Positions 39,304 to 50,207 are shown, counted from the stretch's first letter. The stretch is DNA of 64,000 nt from Candidatus Eiseniibacteriota bacterium (GCA_963702435.1 CAVPCR010000001.1:96001-160000); one strand, 5' to 3'. Made by a program: numbers and translations. The notes: generated by a model not told the origin, from the letters alone.

Positions 39304-41209
39304 CTACTTCATGAGCTGCATCTTCCGGCTCTGGAGGAGCTGGCCGCCGGCCCGGAGCTCGTAGAAGTACGTGCCCGAGGCCACGGCCCGGCCCGCATCG
39401 TCCTTCCCGTCCCAGACCGCCTCGTGCCCGCCGGCGGCGCGCGGACCGCCGGCCAGCGTCCGCACGAGCTGCCCGGCGAGGTTGTAGATCTTGAGCGTCA
39501 CGTCGTCCGCCGCATCCGGCACCCGGTAGGCGATGCGGGTCGCCGGGTTGAACGGATTCGGCACGTTCTGCTCGAGCGCGTAGACCGGCCCGATCACACC
39601 CGCGGTCTCCTCGACCGCCGAGCCGCCGGAGAGCACCGTGTCGTACTTGGTCTGCGCCGCCCGCGACACGGCCTGGAGATCGGCGAGGCTCGTGCCGGCG
39701 CACATGGCGAAGGCGACGACCGCAGTGCCGCCGGCCGGAATGTTGAACGGCCCCGTGCAGATCAGCGTTCCGACATCGCGGTTCGCGAGCGTCGTCTGCG
39801 TGAAGCCCGAGATGAGCCACTGGTGCTTGGTCGTGTTGGTGTGGACATCGGCGCCGGCTCCAGTCTCGGTGAGCGCGCGGAAGCTCCGCACCCCCTCCGC
39901 GTTGAGCACGCGCACGCCGGCCCGGTTCGCAGTGGACGGATCGGAGACGTAGCCGAGCTTGTTCGTCGCGTCGTACGCCACACCGTTCGTCGCGTAGTTG
40001 ACCGCGGTGAAGTCCCAGTCGAAGATGAGCCCCGGGATGACGCCGGCGAGGGCCGCAGCCGTCGTGTTCGTGATCCGGTAGCGGAGGATCACGTACTTGT
40101 CGTCGCCCGGGTCGTTCCAGGCGTAGGACTCGAGCCGCACGCGGACGCCGAGGGGCGGGGTCGCGCCCGAGGTCATGAGCGGCCCGATCCGGTTCGCCGC
40201 CGAGTCGTCGAACTCGCTCACCGACTCCTGGTCGGCGAGCGTCCCCGGCGTGAGCAGGGTCAGGTTCGTGCGCGGCACGAAGTCCGCATCCTGCGGCAGG
40301 AAGTTCACGTTGTCCTGCCAGCGGAAGTCGTCGGACACCGCCGTGTCGGCCGCCGCCTCGCGCCCGATGATGAACGACCCCTCGAACAGGTGGTTGGTGC
40401 CGACCGGGAACTGGAACCCGGCGCCGCCGCCGATCCCCGTCAAGCCGTTCCCGGCCGCAGCGCTGGCCGGAAGCCCCACGTTCCCGCAGTTGGTGACCCC
40501 GAGCCGCACCTGGCCCACGTCGTGCGTCGCGATCTGGTAGACCGGCAGCGTCTCGTCGTAGAGGGCAGTCAGGGCGGCGATGTCATCGGCAGCGAGCGAG
40601 GCCAGGTTCTGGTCGCAGTAGGTCGTGGACGGGAACATGGTCGCGCCGCCCACGGTCGTGTGGCCGATGCCGATCAGGTGTCCGATCTCGTGCGTGGCGA
40701 TCGACTGGACGATCATCCGGCCGGCGCAACCGCCTTGCTGCGCGGCTGGGAGCGTGATCCAGGACCACTGCCGGCCGAACGTGATGTCGGAGTCGGTCCG
40801 CCGGAGCTTGCCCAGGTTGCCCGCGATGTAGTCGGCGCCCAGATCGTAGTTGCTCGAGGTAACGCCGATGCAGCTTCCCGTGCACTGGCTCAGGCAGTCC
40901 CGGAAGGAGATCACGTTCTGGTAATCCGTCAAGAGCCCGCACGGGTTCGCGGTCGTCACCTCGGGGCCCTCGAGGAAGGCGACCTTGGAACCGGTCACCA
41001 CCTCCCAGTTGAGGAAGCTCTGGCGGACGTCGGTGAACTCGTCGTTCCCGGGCACCGTGGGCTCGTTCTGGAACGTGTTCATGCGGTACGGCACGGGCAG
41101 CGCGGGGTCGTGCCACTTGCCGTCGAGGAGCGATGTAGGCGCCGGCCGCGCCGGCGAAGGCCATGCCGCCGAGAGCGATGACGGCGAGCGCGATCGTGAT
41201 CCGAGGCAT
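39304..41209 (-). CDS. Secreted matrixin (M10-like metzincin) protease with FlgD/T9SS-like CTD; one indel near 41131
   Basis: HEIGHLIGIGH and ATMFP Met-turn; QNVPNPFNP; signal peptide MPRITIALAVIAL in the adjacent frame. Confidence 0.85.
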
Positions 41210-41247
41210 GCTGCTCTTCTCCCTGTGCGTCGTGTGACGGATCATGG

Positions 41248-41820
41248 CTACTTCACCCCCGCGATCTCGCGCACGCGCTCGACGAGCTCCTCGCGCCCGT
41301 AGACGACAGGCTCGGGCTCCCGGATACCCTCCGGCCCGGCCACCACGACACCGTCGGCCGGGACCCGCTGCACGTACATCTCGCGCTGCGTCACCGGATC
41401 CACCTCGAGCGCGTACTTGCCCTGGTAGAAGCCGAGCGTGCGGTAGATGTCGTCCACCCGCTCGACGAAGACGAAGACGGGCTCGCCTTCGCGATAGACC
41501 GGCACCCCCTCGACCACCGAGAGCGTGCGGCCGACGCGGCCCCCCATCTCGACGAGGACGAGATCGGCGGGGAGCTGCTCGCCGGCGACGACCTGGTCGA
41601 CGGCGATCGTCACGTAGGTGTTGATGAAGCTGTGATCGTCGTTCCAGCGCACGTCCACGCGGGTCACGGTCCCGGTGACGGCGGCGTTCATGTGGACGAC
41701 GAAGTCGTTGATCGTCCACGGGGCGAGCGTGGTGGCGAGCCCCGGGGCCGCCGGGGCCAGGGCGAGGGCCGCCGCGACGGCGAGAGGCAACGTCAGGACG
41801 AGGACGCGGGAACGTCTCAT
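41248..41820 (-). CDS. Secreted hypothetical protein, possible protease propeptide/chaperone partner
   Basis: AGGAGG RBS, signal peptide, VTGTV...TYVTIAV...GGRVG...LGFYQGKY; directly upstream of the matrixin. Confidence 0.6.
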   Translation of the reverse strand: MRRSRVLVLTLPLAVAAALALAPAAPGLATTLAPWTINDFVVHMNAAVTGTVTRVDVRWNDDHSFINTYVTIAVDQVVAGEQLPADLVLVEMGGRVGRTLSVVEGVPVYREGEPVFVFVERVDDIYRTLGFYQGKYALEVDPVTQREMYVQRVPADGVVVAGPEGIREPEPVVYGREELVERVREIAGVK

Positions 41821-42088
41821 CGGTGTCCTCCTTGGCATGCAGAGCAAGTCCGGGAGCCGGCGGGGACTCCCATCCGTGAGGTGCCGCGGTCCGCCCGGGA
41901 TCCGGACGACGGCTCGATCGGAGCGACAGCGAGTATACCAGGATCGCGGTAGGGCGAGGCTCCGGTGATATCCGGGGGCCCGGCCGCGGGCGGTCTGCTA
42001 TCCTCCCCGCTTTCGCGCTTCGCGGTCCACCGCTCGCCGAACCCTGGCGCCCGCCCGCCGGCGGCACGAGAGAGAAGGAGCGCCGCGC

Positions 42089-44056
42089 ATGCCCAAGGTG
42101 ATCCCGTCTGCCCACCGCGGCGGAGAGTCCATCGCCCCCGGCGGAGAGTCCATCGCCTCCCGGCCCGGCGAGACCATCCCCTACATCCCCGCCCACCTGA
42201 GCCCGCCCGAGATCACGCTCCGCGGCGTCGTCCTCGGCATCCTGATCGGGGTCGTCTACGGCGCCGCCAACGCCTACCTCGGGCTCCTCGCCGGGCAGAC
42301 CGTCTCCGCCTCGCTGCCGGCGGCCGTGATCGGCATGTTCGTCCTCTCGACGGTCTTCCGCTCGCGGAACGTGCTCGAGAACAACATCGTGCAGACGATC
42401 GGCTCGAGCGGCGAGTCGCTCGCGGCCGGGGTCATCTTCACCGTGCCGGCGCTCATCTTCCTCGGCGAGCGGCCCTCGCTCGCCTTGATCTTCGCGCTCG
42501 CCGGGGTCGGCGGCCTCCTCGGCATGCTGTTCATGATCCCGCTCCGCCGCTACCTGATCGTGCGCATGCACGGGAAGCTCGCTTTCCCCGAGGGGGTGGC
42601 CTGCGCCGAGATCTTGAAGGCGGGCGAGCAAGGCGGCGCGCAGTTCGGTCTCGTCATGCGCGGGATCGGGGTCGGCGCGGTCTACCGCTTCGTGGTCGAG
42701 ATGTTCCGGCCCTGGAACCGCGAGTTCACCTTCACCTTCCCGCGCCTCCACCAGGCGACGGTCGCCGGCGAGGGCATGCCGGCCCTCCTCGGCGTCGGCA
42801 TGATCATCGGCCCGCGCATCGCCACCCTCATGTTCGCCGGCGGCTTCCTCGGCTGGATGGTGATCCTCCCCCTCCTCCACGCCTTCGGCTCGAGCAGCCT
42901 GAACCCGCTCTTCGCCGATTCGGTGCTCGCGGAGATGACGCCGTCCCAGATCTGGGGCCGCTACCTCCGCTACATCGGGGCCGGCGCGGTGGCGGTCGGC
43001 GGCTTCATGGCGGTCGTGCGCTCGGCGGGCATGATGGTCGGCGCCTTCGCGACCATCCTTCGCGACGTGCGCGGCCGGGCGGCGGGCGCGGCCGCCGCGC
43101 TCCGCACCGAGCGCGACCTCTCGAGCCGCTGGCTTCTCGCGGGCTCGCTCCTCGCCATCGTCTTCCTGTGGGGACTCCTCGGCTTCAGCGAGTGGCGCGC
43201 CTTCGTCGGCGTGACGTCGACCGTGCTCCTCGCCTTCTTCTTCGTCGCGGTCGCCGCCTACATCTGCGGGCAGGTCGGCTCCTCGGCCTCGCCGGTCTCG
43301 GGGATGACGATCACGGCGCTCCTCGCCACCTGCCTCATCTTCCTCGGGATCGGCTGGACCGGACCCGGCGGCATGATCGCGGCGATGACCGTGGGCGCGG
43401 TCATCTGCATCGCCATCTGCATGTCGGGCGACATGTCACAGGATCTGAAGACCGGGTACCTCCTCGGCTCGACCCCCTGGCGCCAGCAGGCGATGAACGT
43501 GGTCGGGAACTTCGCCGCCGCGGCCACCATCGGCTTCGTCCTCTACTTCCTGCACGAGACCAAGACGATCGGCTCGGAGGAGCTCCCGGCGCCGCAGGCC
43601 ACCCTCATGTCGCTCATCGTGCGCGGCCTCTTCGGCGGCAACCTGCCATGGACGCTCGTCCTGATCGGGATGGGGATCGGCACGATCTCCGAGCTCCTCC
43701 GCATCCCGACCCTCCCCTTCGCGATCGGGCTCTACCTCCCCTTCTCGACCTCGACCGCCATGTTCGTGGGCGGGATCGTGTCGTGGCTCCTCGGGCGGCC
43801 GCGGCCGGCGGATGGCCCCGCTCGCGCGGCCGGGCGGATCGAGCGCGGCATCCTCGTCTCCTCGGGCCTCGTCGCCGGCGACGCCATCATCGGCCTCCTC
43901 ACCATCGGGCTCATCGAGATCGCCCACATCGACTGGGGGATCCGGCCCTTCCTCGGCGGCTTCGCCTGGGAGGGCTACTCGCTCGCGATCTTCGTCGCGC
44001 TCGCGGCGTGGCTCTACCGGACGGCGAAGGCGGAGCGGCGCGCGTCAAGCGCGTAG
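42089..44056 (+). CDS. OPT family oligopeptide transporter
   Basis: EITLRG, NAYLGL, ENNIVQT, LAFPEG, QDLKTGYLLGSTPWRQQ, LPAPQATLM. Confidence 0.95.
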   Translation: MPKVIPSAHRGGESIAPGGESIASRPGETIPYIPAHLSPPEITLRGVVLGILIGVVYGAANAYLGLLAGQTVSASLPAAVIGMFVLSTVFRSRNVLENNIVQTIGSSGESLAAGVIFTVPALIFLGERPSLALIFALAGVGGLLGMLFMIPLRRYLIVRMHGKLAFPEGVACAEILKAGEQGGAQFGLVMRGIGVGAVYRFVVEMFRPWNREFTFTFPRLHQATVAGEGMPALLGVGMIIGPRIATLMFAGGFLGWMVILPLLHAFGSSSLNPLFADSVLAEMTPSQIWGRYLRYIGAGAVAVGGFMAVVRSAGMMVGAFATILRDVRGRAAGAAAALRTERDLSSRWLLAGSLLAIVFLWGLLGFSEWRAFVGVTSTVLLAFFFVAVAAYICGQVGSSASPVSGMTITALLATCLIFLGIGWTGPGGMIAAMTVGAVICIAICMSGDMSQDLKTGYLLGSTPWRQQAMNVVGNFAAAATIGFVLYFLHETKTIGSEELPAPQATLMSLIVRGLFGGNLPWTLVLIGMGIGTISELLRIPTLPFAIGLYLPFSTSTAMFVGGIVSWLLGRPRPADGPARAAGRIERGILVSSGLVAGDAIIGLLTIGLIEIAHIDWGIRPFLGGFAWEGYSLAIFVALAAWLYRTAKAERRASSA

Positions 44057-44122
44057 CTTTCGCTGGGTCGCTCCTGATACCCTTGGTCACGTGCCGACTC
44101 GACGCCCAACACGGAGGGAACC

Positions 44123-45847
44123 ATGCACAGAGCCTGCTCCCGGCGCGACGCCTCCGCCCGCGTGACGGCGGCCATCGCGGCTGCCGCCATCCTTCTCGGA
44201 ACGCTCGCCCTCGCCACGCTCCTCGCCCCGCCGGCCGCTGCCGCCGGCCTCGACGGCCGCTGCTTCACACCGGCGGTGCGCGCGCTCCCGACCGGCGCCG
44301 GGCCGGGCGACGGGACCGCCCCCGGACCCGCCGACACGCCGCCGCCGAACCCGCAGGTCGGCGACTCCTGGCTCTGGTACATCTGGCGGCTGAACGGCCC
44401 GCCGCAGGCCGACCTCCGCATGTGCACGGTGCGCGGCATCGGCCCGAACTGCTACGTCGTGGTCGAGAACTCGCGGTGGAACGTGGTCGTGAACCAGGCC
44501 AAGGTGGATCACATCATCGCGCGCTTCGAGCAGGAATCGATCGGCCCCCATCCCGATCAGGGCATCTACGACATCAACGTCGCCGCCTTCGGCACGCCGC
44601 CCGACCGGCTCGACAACGATCCGCGGGTCTACATCCTCTACTACGATTTCGACGTCAACTCGGACGGCTTCTTCTGGTACTTCGACGAGTACCCGAACGG
44701 GCAGTTCCCCTATGCCTCGAACGAGTGCGAGGTCCTCTACCTGAACGACTCGGGTCCCGACCCCGCGGGCGATTACATGATCGGGGTCCTCGCCCACGAG
44801 TTCGAGCACATGATCCACTTCGAGCACGACGAGGACGAGGTCTCCTGGGTGGACGAGGGCCTCGCCGAGGTGGCCATGTACCTGTATGGCCACCCGGACC
44901 AGGTGAGCACGTTCAACTCGAACCCCGACAACAACCTCACCGTCTTCAACGGCGCCTGGGCCGACTACATCAAGACCTATCTGTGGTCGCTCTACTTCTA
45001 CGAGCGCTACGGCGGCGAGGCGGCGCTCTACCAGGTGGTGCACGAGCCGGCGAACTCGACGCTCGGCTACGATCGCGTGCTCGACAGCCGCGGCTACGTC
45101 GAGGACTTCGACGATGTGTTCGCCGACTGGACCGTGGCCAACTACCTGGACGACACGACGATCGGCGACGGGCGCTACGGCTACGTGGGTGAGGACCTCC
45201 CCGTCTTCAACGCCACCAACTACTCGGCGTACCCCGTCGGCCCGCTCAACACGACCGTCAACTTCTGGGGAACGGACTACCACCGCTTCACGAACGCGAC
45301 GTCGGGGCTCGGCTACAGCTTCGACGGAAACGATCTCACGACCTTCGCGGTGTGGGCGCTCGAGCTCGACGCCGTGCTGCCGACGCGCGTGACGCGGGTG
45401 CCGCTCAGCCCCGCCCAGGCCGGCACGATCGACCTGCCCGACGTCGGGCCGCTCTACGACTCGGCGGTGATGGTCCTCGCCCACAACGCGGGCGTGGGCG
45501 GCACGAACTACACCTACTCGGCGGCGACCGGGATCACGGCGATCGCGGCCGGCGGCGCGCCCGGCGTCACGGCGCCCCTCCTCTCCGCGCCGTCACCCAA
45601 CCCCTTCGCCCCGGCGACCGCGGTCCGCTTCGCGCTGCCGGCGGCGGGGCCGGTCGCGCTCCGCGTGTATGACGTCGGCGGCCGGGCCGTGCGCACTCTC
45701 GTCGACGGCCCGCTCGCCGCCGGGGAACACACGGCGCACTGGGACGGCCGGGACGGCGCGGCGCGGGAACTTGCGAACGGCATCTACTTCCTGCGTCTCG
45801 AGGCAGGGGGCGAGGAACGGACCGTGCGCGCGGTGCTCAGCCGCTGA
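44123..45847 (+). CDS. Secreted zinc metallopeptidase (M30/M6-like) with FlgD/T9SS-like CTD
   Basis: LAHEFEHMI, WVDEGLAE; PSPNPF...VYDVGGRAVRTL...WDGRD...GIYF. Confidence 0.85.
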   Translation: MHRACSRRDASARVTAAIAAAAILLGTLALATLLAPPAAAAGLDGRCFTPAVRALPTGAGPGDGTAPGPADTPPPNPQVGDSWLWYIWRLNGPPQADLRMCTVRGIGPNCYVVVENSRWNVVVNQAKVDHIIARFEQESIGPHPDQGIYDINVAAFGTPPDRLDNDPRVYILYYDFDVNSDGFFWYFDEYPNGQFPYASNECEVLYLNDSGPDPAGDYMIGVLAHEFEHMIHFEHDEDEVSWVDEGLAEVAMYLYGHPDQVSTFNSNPDNNLTVFNGAWADYIKTYLWSLYFYERYGGEAALYQVVHEPANSTLGYDRVLDSRGYVEDFDDVFADWTVANYLDDTTIGDGRYGYVGEDLPVFNATNYSAYPVGPLNTTVNFWGTDYHRFTNATSGLGYSFDGNDLTTFAVWALELDAVLPTRVTRVPLSPAQAGTIDLPDVGPLYDSAVMVLAHNAGVGGTNYTYSAATGITAIAAGGAPGVTAPLLSAPSPNPFAPATAVRFALPAAGPVALRVYDVGGRAVRTLVDGPLAAGEHTAHWDGRDGAARELANGIYFLRLEAGGEERTVRAVLSR

Positions 45848-45995
45848 GCGGCAGGAGCAGCGGAGCAGCGGCCCGCCGGGCAGACGAAACGCCGGCACTC
45901 CGCGTCACGGGACGCGGGGCGCCGGCGTTGATCGTTCAGGCGGCCGCGGCCGCGGGCACTACGGGCGTGCTGCGGCGCGCCGGCAGCGGCCGTGC

Positions 45996-46538
45996 TCAGG
46001 CGTCCGGCCAGCCGGCCGGCATGACCTTGAGCACCCGCCGCCCGGCCAGGACGTCGAATGACCGCTGATAGACGTTACATGTGCGGCAGGTTTCCGGGCC
46101 TTCCCGGTACAGGCAGTACGTGTTCGTCCAGCAAGGGTGGCGGTCATCGGAGAGCTGCCAGCACACCGAGGCCTTCTCGACCCTGCAGCCGCGCAGTTCC
46201 CAGCACGGCAGCATGCCCAGCATGTGCCGGATGCCGGCGACGTTGAGCCCCTCGTCGATGATCAGATCGCGAATGCGCTTGAATCGCTCGACATCCGCAG
46301 CGGCATAACGGCGCGTCCCTGCGAACGTGCGCGTGGAGATGACAAGTCCTTCCCGTTCGTAGTAGCGCAGGGTCTGCGTGGACACGTTGAGCATGTGGGC
46401 CACGTGTCCGATCGAGAAGGTACGATCGCCGGCTACGAAGGGACTCGCGTCGTGCCCGTTGCCGCCGTCGTCTCCGCTCTCGTACTCGAAGTCGGCGGCC
46501 GGGGCGCGGGCCTTCGCAGCTTGGGCTCTGGTCCTCAT
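45996..46538 (-). CDS. MerR/HspR-like regulator with Cys-rich C-terminal domain
   Basis: FSIGHVAHMLNVSTQTLRYYEREGL, GLNVAGI; PCWELRGC..C..PCW..C..CRTCNVY. Confidence 0.88.
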   Translation of the reverse strand: MRTRAQAAKARAPAADFEYESGDDGGNGHDASPFVAGDRTFSIGHVAHMLNVSTQTLRYYEREGLVISTRTFAGTRRYAAADVERFKRIRDLIIDEGLNVAGIRHMLGMLPCWELRGCRVEKASVCWQLSDDRHPCWTNTYCLYREGPETCRTCNVYQRSFDVLAGRRVLKVMPAGWPDA

Positions 46539-46933
46539 GGCGGCCTCCCTGTTCGGAGCTGGAGGGTTCGGACCGAGATCAAATCTGCAATGACGATTGT
46601 ATACCTCTGAAAACCTCGCGCATAGCCTCGGTCGAGCGTGAGGTGAGGGGGCTAGGGCGAGGGCGAGGGCGAACGCGGCCGGCCGCGCCAGCGGCGCTCG
46701 GCGGCACTCGGCAAGCGCTCGGCCGGCGCTCGGCGCGAACCGCGGTGAATCCCTCCCCCCTGTCTCGGATCGGCGGCACCTGACAGAATGGCCGACCGGC
46801 GCCACGCTGCTGGACATCGGTACAGGAGGATCCTCGCTGCCTGCTCACGCCTTCACGCGAGGACCCTAGCGTGGCAAGAACTTGACGTGATCGCCGCTGC
46901 TCCACCTCGGCGGCACAAGTTATGCGCAGGGAG

Positions 46934-47003
46934 GCGCCGTCGTGGCCTGTCCGCCCACGCGACCGGAGAGCGCCGTCGTGCCTGTCCGCCCACGCGACCG
47001 GAG
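46934..47003 (+). repeat. Tandem ~35 bp direct repeat just upstream of the HMGS operon
   Basis: GCGCCGTCGTG(G)CCTGTCCGCCCACGCGACCGGAG twice, plus a third GCCGTCGTG that supplies the GTG start. Confidence 0.8.
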
Positions 47004-47012
47004 GGAGCCGTC

Positions 47013-47442
47013 GTGACCGCCTCATCCGTTCCGGCCGAGCTCGCCGACCTGATCGAGCGCATCGCCCGCCACCCGCACGGCCTCGGCTTCCTGCACAAGG
47101 CCTATCTCGAGAGCGTGGCGGTGACCCTCGGCGTGCATCCGTTCGTGGTGGATGCGGCACGCGCGTATCTGGAGACGCCGGCGGGGCGGACGGCGCTGAT
47201 CGAGGCGGTGCGGGTGGCCGGGGAACGGGCGAAGGCGGGGGCGGCGGCACCTCCCCCGCACGGGCCCGACTCGGGCCGGGCCGAGGCCGCCCTCGCTGAT
47301 CGAGAAGGCCGCGGGCGATCCCCGCGGCCGCCGTTACCTCGCCGAGGGCGCGCCCGAGGAGATCGCGGCCGCCTTCGGCGTGCATCCGTACCTCGTCTTC
47401 CGGGCGCGCGGGATCCTGGACCGGCACGAGATCGCGTCCTAG
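47013..47442 (+). CDS. Small hypothetical protein with two internal GVHP repeats; one indel near 47296
   Basis: GGAGGGAG RBS and GTG; LIERIARHPHG...TLGVHPFVVDAARAYL and LIEKAAGDPRG...AFGVHPYLVFRARGIL. Confidence 0.65.
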
Positions 47443-47484
47443 AGCGCGCTGCCGGCGCGCGGCAGACCACAGGGAGGGAGAACC

Positions 47485-48544
47485 ATGGAGGTCGGAATCG
47501 TCGGCTACGGGGCCTACGTCCCGCGCCACCGCATCAAGGTCGAGGAGATCGCCAAGGTCTGGGGCGCCGACGCCCCGTCCTACAAGCGCGGGCTCATGCT
47601 CCGCGAGAAGTCGGTGCCGACCCCGGACCAGGACACGATCACGATGTCGGTCGAGGCGGCGCGGCACGCGCTCCGCCGCGCAGGCGGCGTCGATCCGGCG
47701 CGGATCGGGGCGATCTACATCGGCTCCGAGTCCCACCCCTACGCGGTCAAGCCGAGCGGCACCGTGGTCGCCGAGGCGCTCGGGGCGACCCCCGAGATCC
47801 ACTGCGCCGATCTCGAGTTCGCCTGCAAGGCCGGGAAGCGAGGGCATGTTCATCGCGCTCTCGCTGGTCAAGGCGGGCCAGGTCGAGTACGCGCTCGGGA
47901 TCGGCGCCGACACCTCGCAGGGCGCCCCCGGCGACGCGCTCGAGTACTCGGCCTCGGCCGGGGCGGCGGCCTACCTCTTCGGGAAGGAGAAGATCCTCGC
48001 GGTGTGCGAGGACACCTACGCCTTCATGACCGACACGCCCGACTTCTGGCGGCGCGAGTACCAGTTCTACCCGCGGCACGCGGGGCGCTTCACCGGCGAG
48101 CCGGCCTACTTCAAGCACATATTGGGCTGCGCGCACGGGATCATGAAGAAGTCGGGGACCAAGCCCGCCGACTTCCGCTGGGCCGTCTTCCATCAGCCGA
48201 ACGGGAAGTTCCCCATGCGCGCCGCCGCCGAGCTCGGCTTCCCGAAGGAGAAGGTCGAGCAGGGCTGGCTCTGCCCGACCCTCGGCAACACGTACTCGGG
48301 CTCCTCGCCGATGGGATTGAGCGCGATCCTCGACGTGGCCGCCCCCGGCGATCGCATCTTGATGGTGAGCTACGGCTCGGGCTCGGGGAGCGACGGCTTC
48401 ATCTGGCGCGTCACCGATCGGATCAAGGACGTGCAGAAGGCCGCGCCGCAGACGCGGCAGCAGCTCGAGGACCATCCGATCTACATCGACTACGGGACCT
48501 ACGCCAAGTACCGCGGCAAGATCAGGAAGCTCGCCGAGGCCTAA
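47485..48544 (+). CDS. Archaeal-type HMG-CoA synthase; one indel near 47837
   Basis: [28 protein letters not shown] catalytic Cys, [43 protein letters not shown]. Confidence 0.92.
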
Positions 48545-48597
48545 GCTAGCTTGAAGCTCGCCGGGGCCTGGCCGCGGCGCGGACGGAAGGGAGATGC

Positions 48598-49793
48598 GTG
48601 ATGCGTGACGTGGCAGTGATCGGGGTGGGCATGAACCGGTGGGGCGAGCTCTGGGAGAAGTCCCATCGCGACATCTGGACCGAGGCGGCGCTCGAGGCGG
48701 TGGCCGACGCCGGCGTCGATCGCGTGGACGCGATGTATGTCGGCTGCATGTCGGGCGGGCTCTTCGTGGGGCAGGAGCACCTGGGGGCGATGCTCGCGGA
48801 GCAGCTCGGGATGGGGCCGATCCCGGGGACGCGGGTCGAGTCGGCCTGCGCGTCCGGTGGGCTCGCGTTCCGGCAGGCGGTGCTCGCGGTCGCCGCAGGC
48901 GAGCATGACATGGTGCTCGCGAGCGGCGTCGAGAAGATGACGGACGTGGACGGCGGGGCGGCGACGTATGCCCTCTCGACTGCCGCCGACCAGGAGTACG
49001 AGTGCTACCACGGGATCACCTTCCCGGGGCTCTACGCCATGATGGCGCGCGTGCACATGCACCGCTACGGGACGACGCGAAAGCAGCTCGCTGAGGTCGC
49101 GGTCAAGAACCACGCGCACGGATCGATGAACCCGCTCGCCCAGTTCCAGGGGAAGGTGACCGCGGAGCAGGTGATGGAGTCGGTTCTCGTCGCCGATCCA
49201 CTCCGCATCCTCGACTGCTCGCCGATCACGGATGGGGCGGCGGCGGTGGTCGTCGCGTCGCTCGATGCGGCGAAGAAGATGAAGACGGGTGGCGCCGGCG
49301 GGGCCGGCGGGGCGCGGCCGCTCGTGCGGGTCGCCGCCTCCGCGCACGCGACCGACTCGATGGCGCTCCACGACCGGGACGACCTCTGCTGGCTCGCGGC
49401 GACCGCGAAGGCGGCCGAGATCGCCTACAAGAAGGCGGGGATCGGCCCCGAGAAGCTCTCGTTCGTCGAGGTCCACGACTGCTTCACGATCGCCGAGATC
49501 ATGGTGATCGAGGCGCTGGGATTGGTCGAGCGCGGGAAGGGCGGCGGGGCGGCGGCGAGCGGGATGACGGCGCTCGGCGGGAAGATCCCGGTGAACGCGT
49601 CGGGGGGCTCAAGTCGAAGGGCCACCCGGTCGGGGCGACCGGTGTCGCCCAGATCCGCGAGGCGGTGCTGCAGCTACGGGGCGAGGCGGGAGACCGCCAG
49701 GTGAAGGGCGCGCGCTACGGGCTCACGCAGAACATGGGCGGGACCGGCGCGAGCACGGTGGTCCACATCTTCGAGCGCGTCGAGCGCGGGTAA
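48598..49793 (+). CDS. Archaeal/SCP2-type thiolase (acetoacetyl-CoA thiolase); G-homopolymer indel near 49605
   Basis: [55 protein letters not shown]. Confidence 0.92.
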
Positions 49794-49799
49794 GGGGGG

Positions 49800-50207
49800 A
49801 TGCGAACGATGATCGGATCGCCACGCTACTGGCGGGAGATCCCGCAGCGCTACCGCTACGAGGCCGCCGAGTGCACGAAGTGCGGGAAGATCTTCTTCCC
49901 CCCGCGGCTCGTCTGCAGCGGCTGCCGGGGCCGGGAGTTCAAGAAGGCGACGCTGCCTTTGGATGGGACGATCGAGACCTTCACGGTCATCCGCGTCGCG
50001 CCGAGCGGGTTCGGGGACGAGGCGCCCTACGCGGTCGGGATCGTCAAGCTCACGAACGGGGTCAAGGTGACCGCGCAGATCGTGGATTGCGCGCCCGAGG
50101 AGCTTGGGATCGGGGACCCCGTGCGGCTCGAGTTCAGGCGGGTGCGGCAGGACGGCGAGTCGGGCGTCATCTGCTACGGGTACAAGTTCGTGCGGACGGG
50201 GAGGTAG
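49800..50207 (+). CDS. DUF35 Zn-ribbon/OB-fold scaffold protein
   Basis: PRYWREIPQRYR, CTKCG..FPPR..CSGC, GTIETFTVIR, FRR...YGYKF. Confidence 0.93.
   Translation: MRTMIGSPRYWREIPQRYRYEAAECTKCGKIFFPPRLVCSGCRGREFKKATLPLDGTIETFTVIRVAPSGFGDEAPYAVGIVKLTNGVKVTAQIVDCAPEELGIGDPVRLEFRRVRQDGESGVICYGYKFVRTGR

Noticed and set aside
47830..49610. Frameshifts in HMGS and thiolase as regulatory recoding
   Set aside because: Each is fixed by one base in a short homopolymer; there is no slippery-site or structure evidence.
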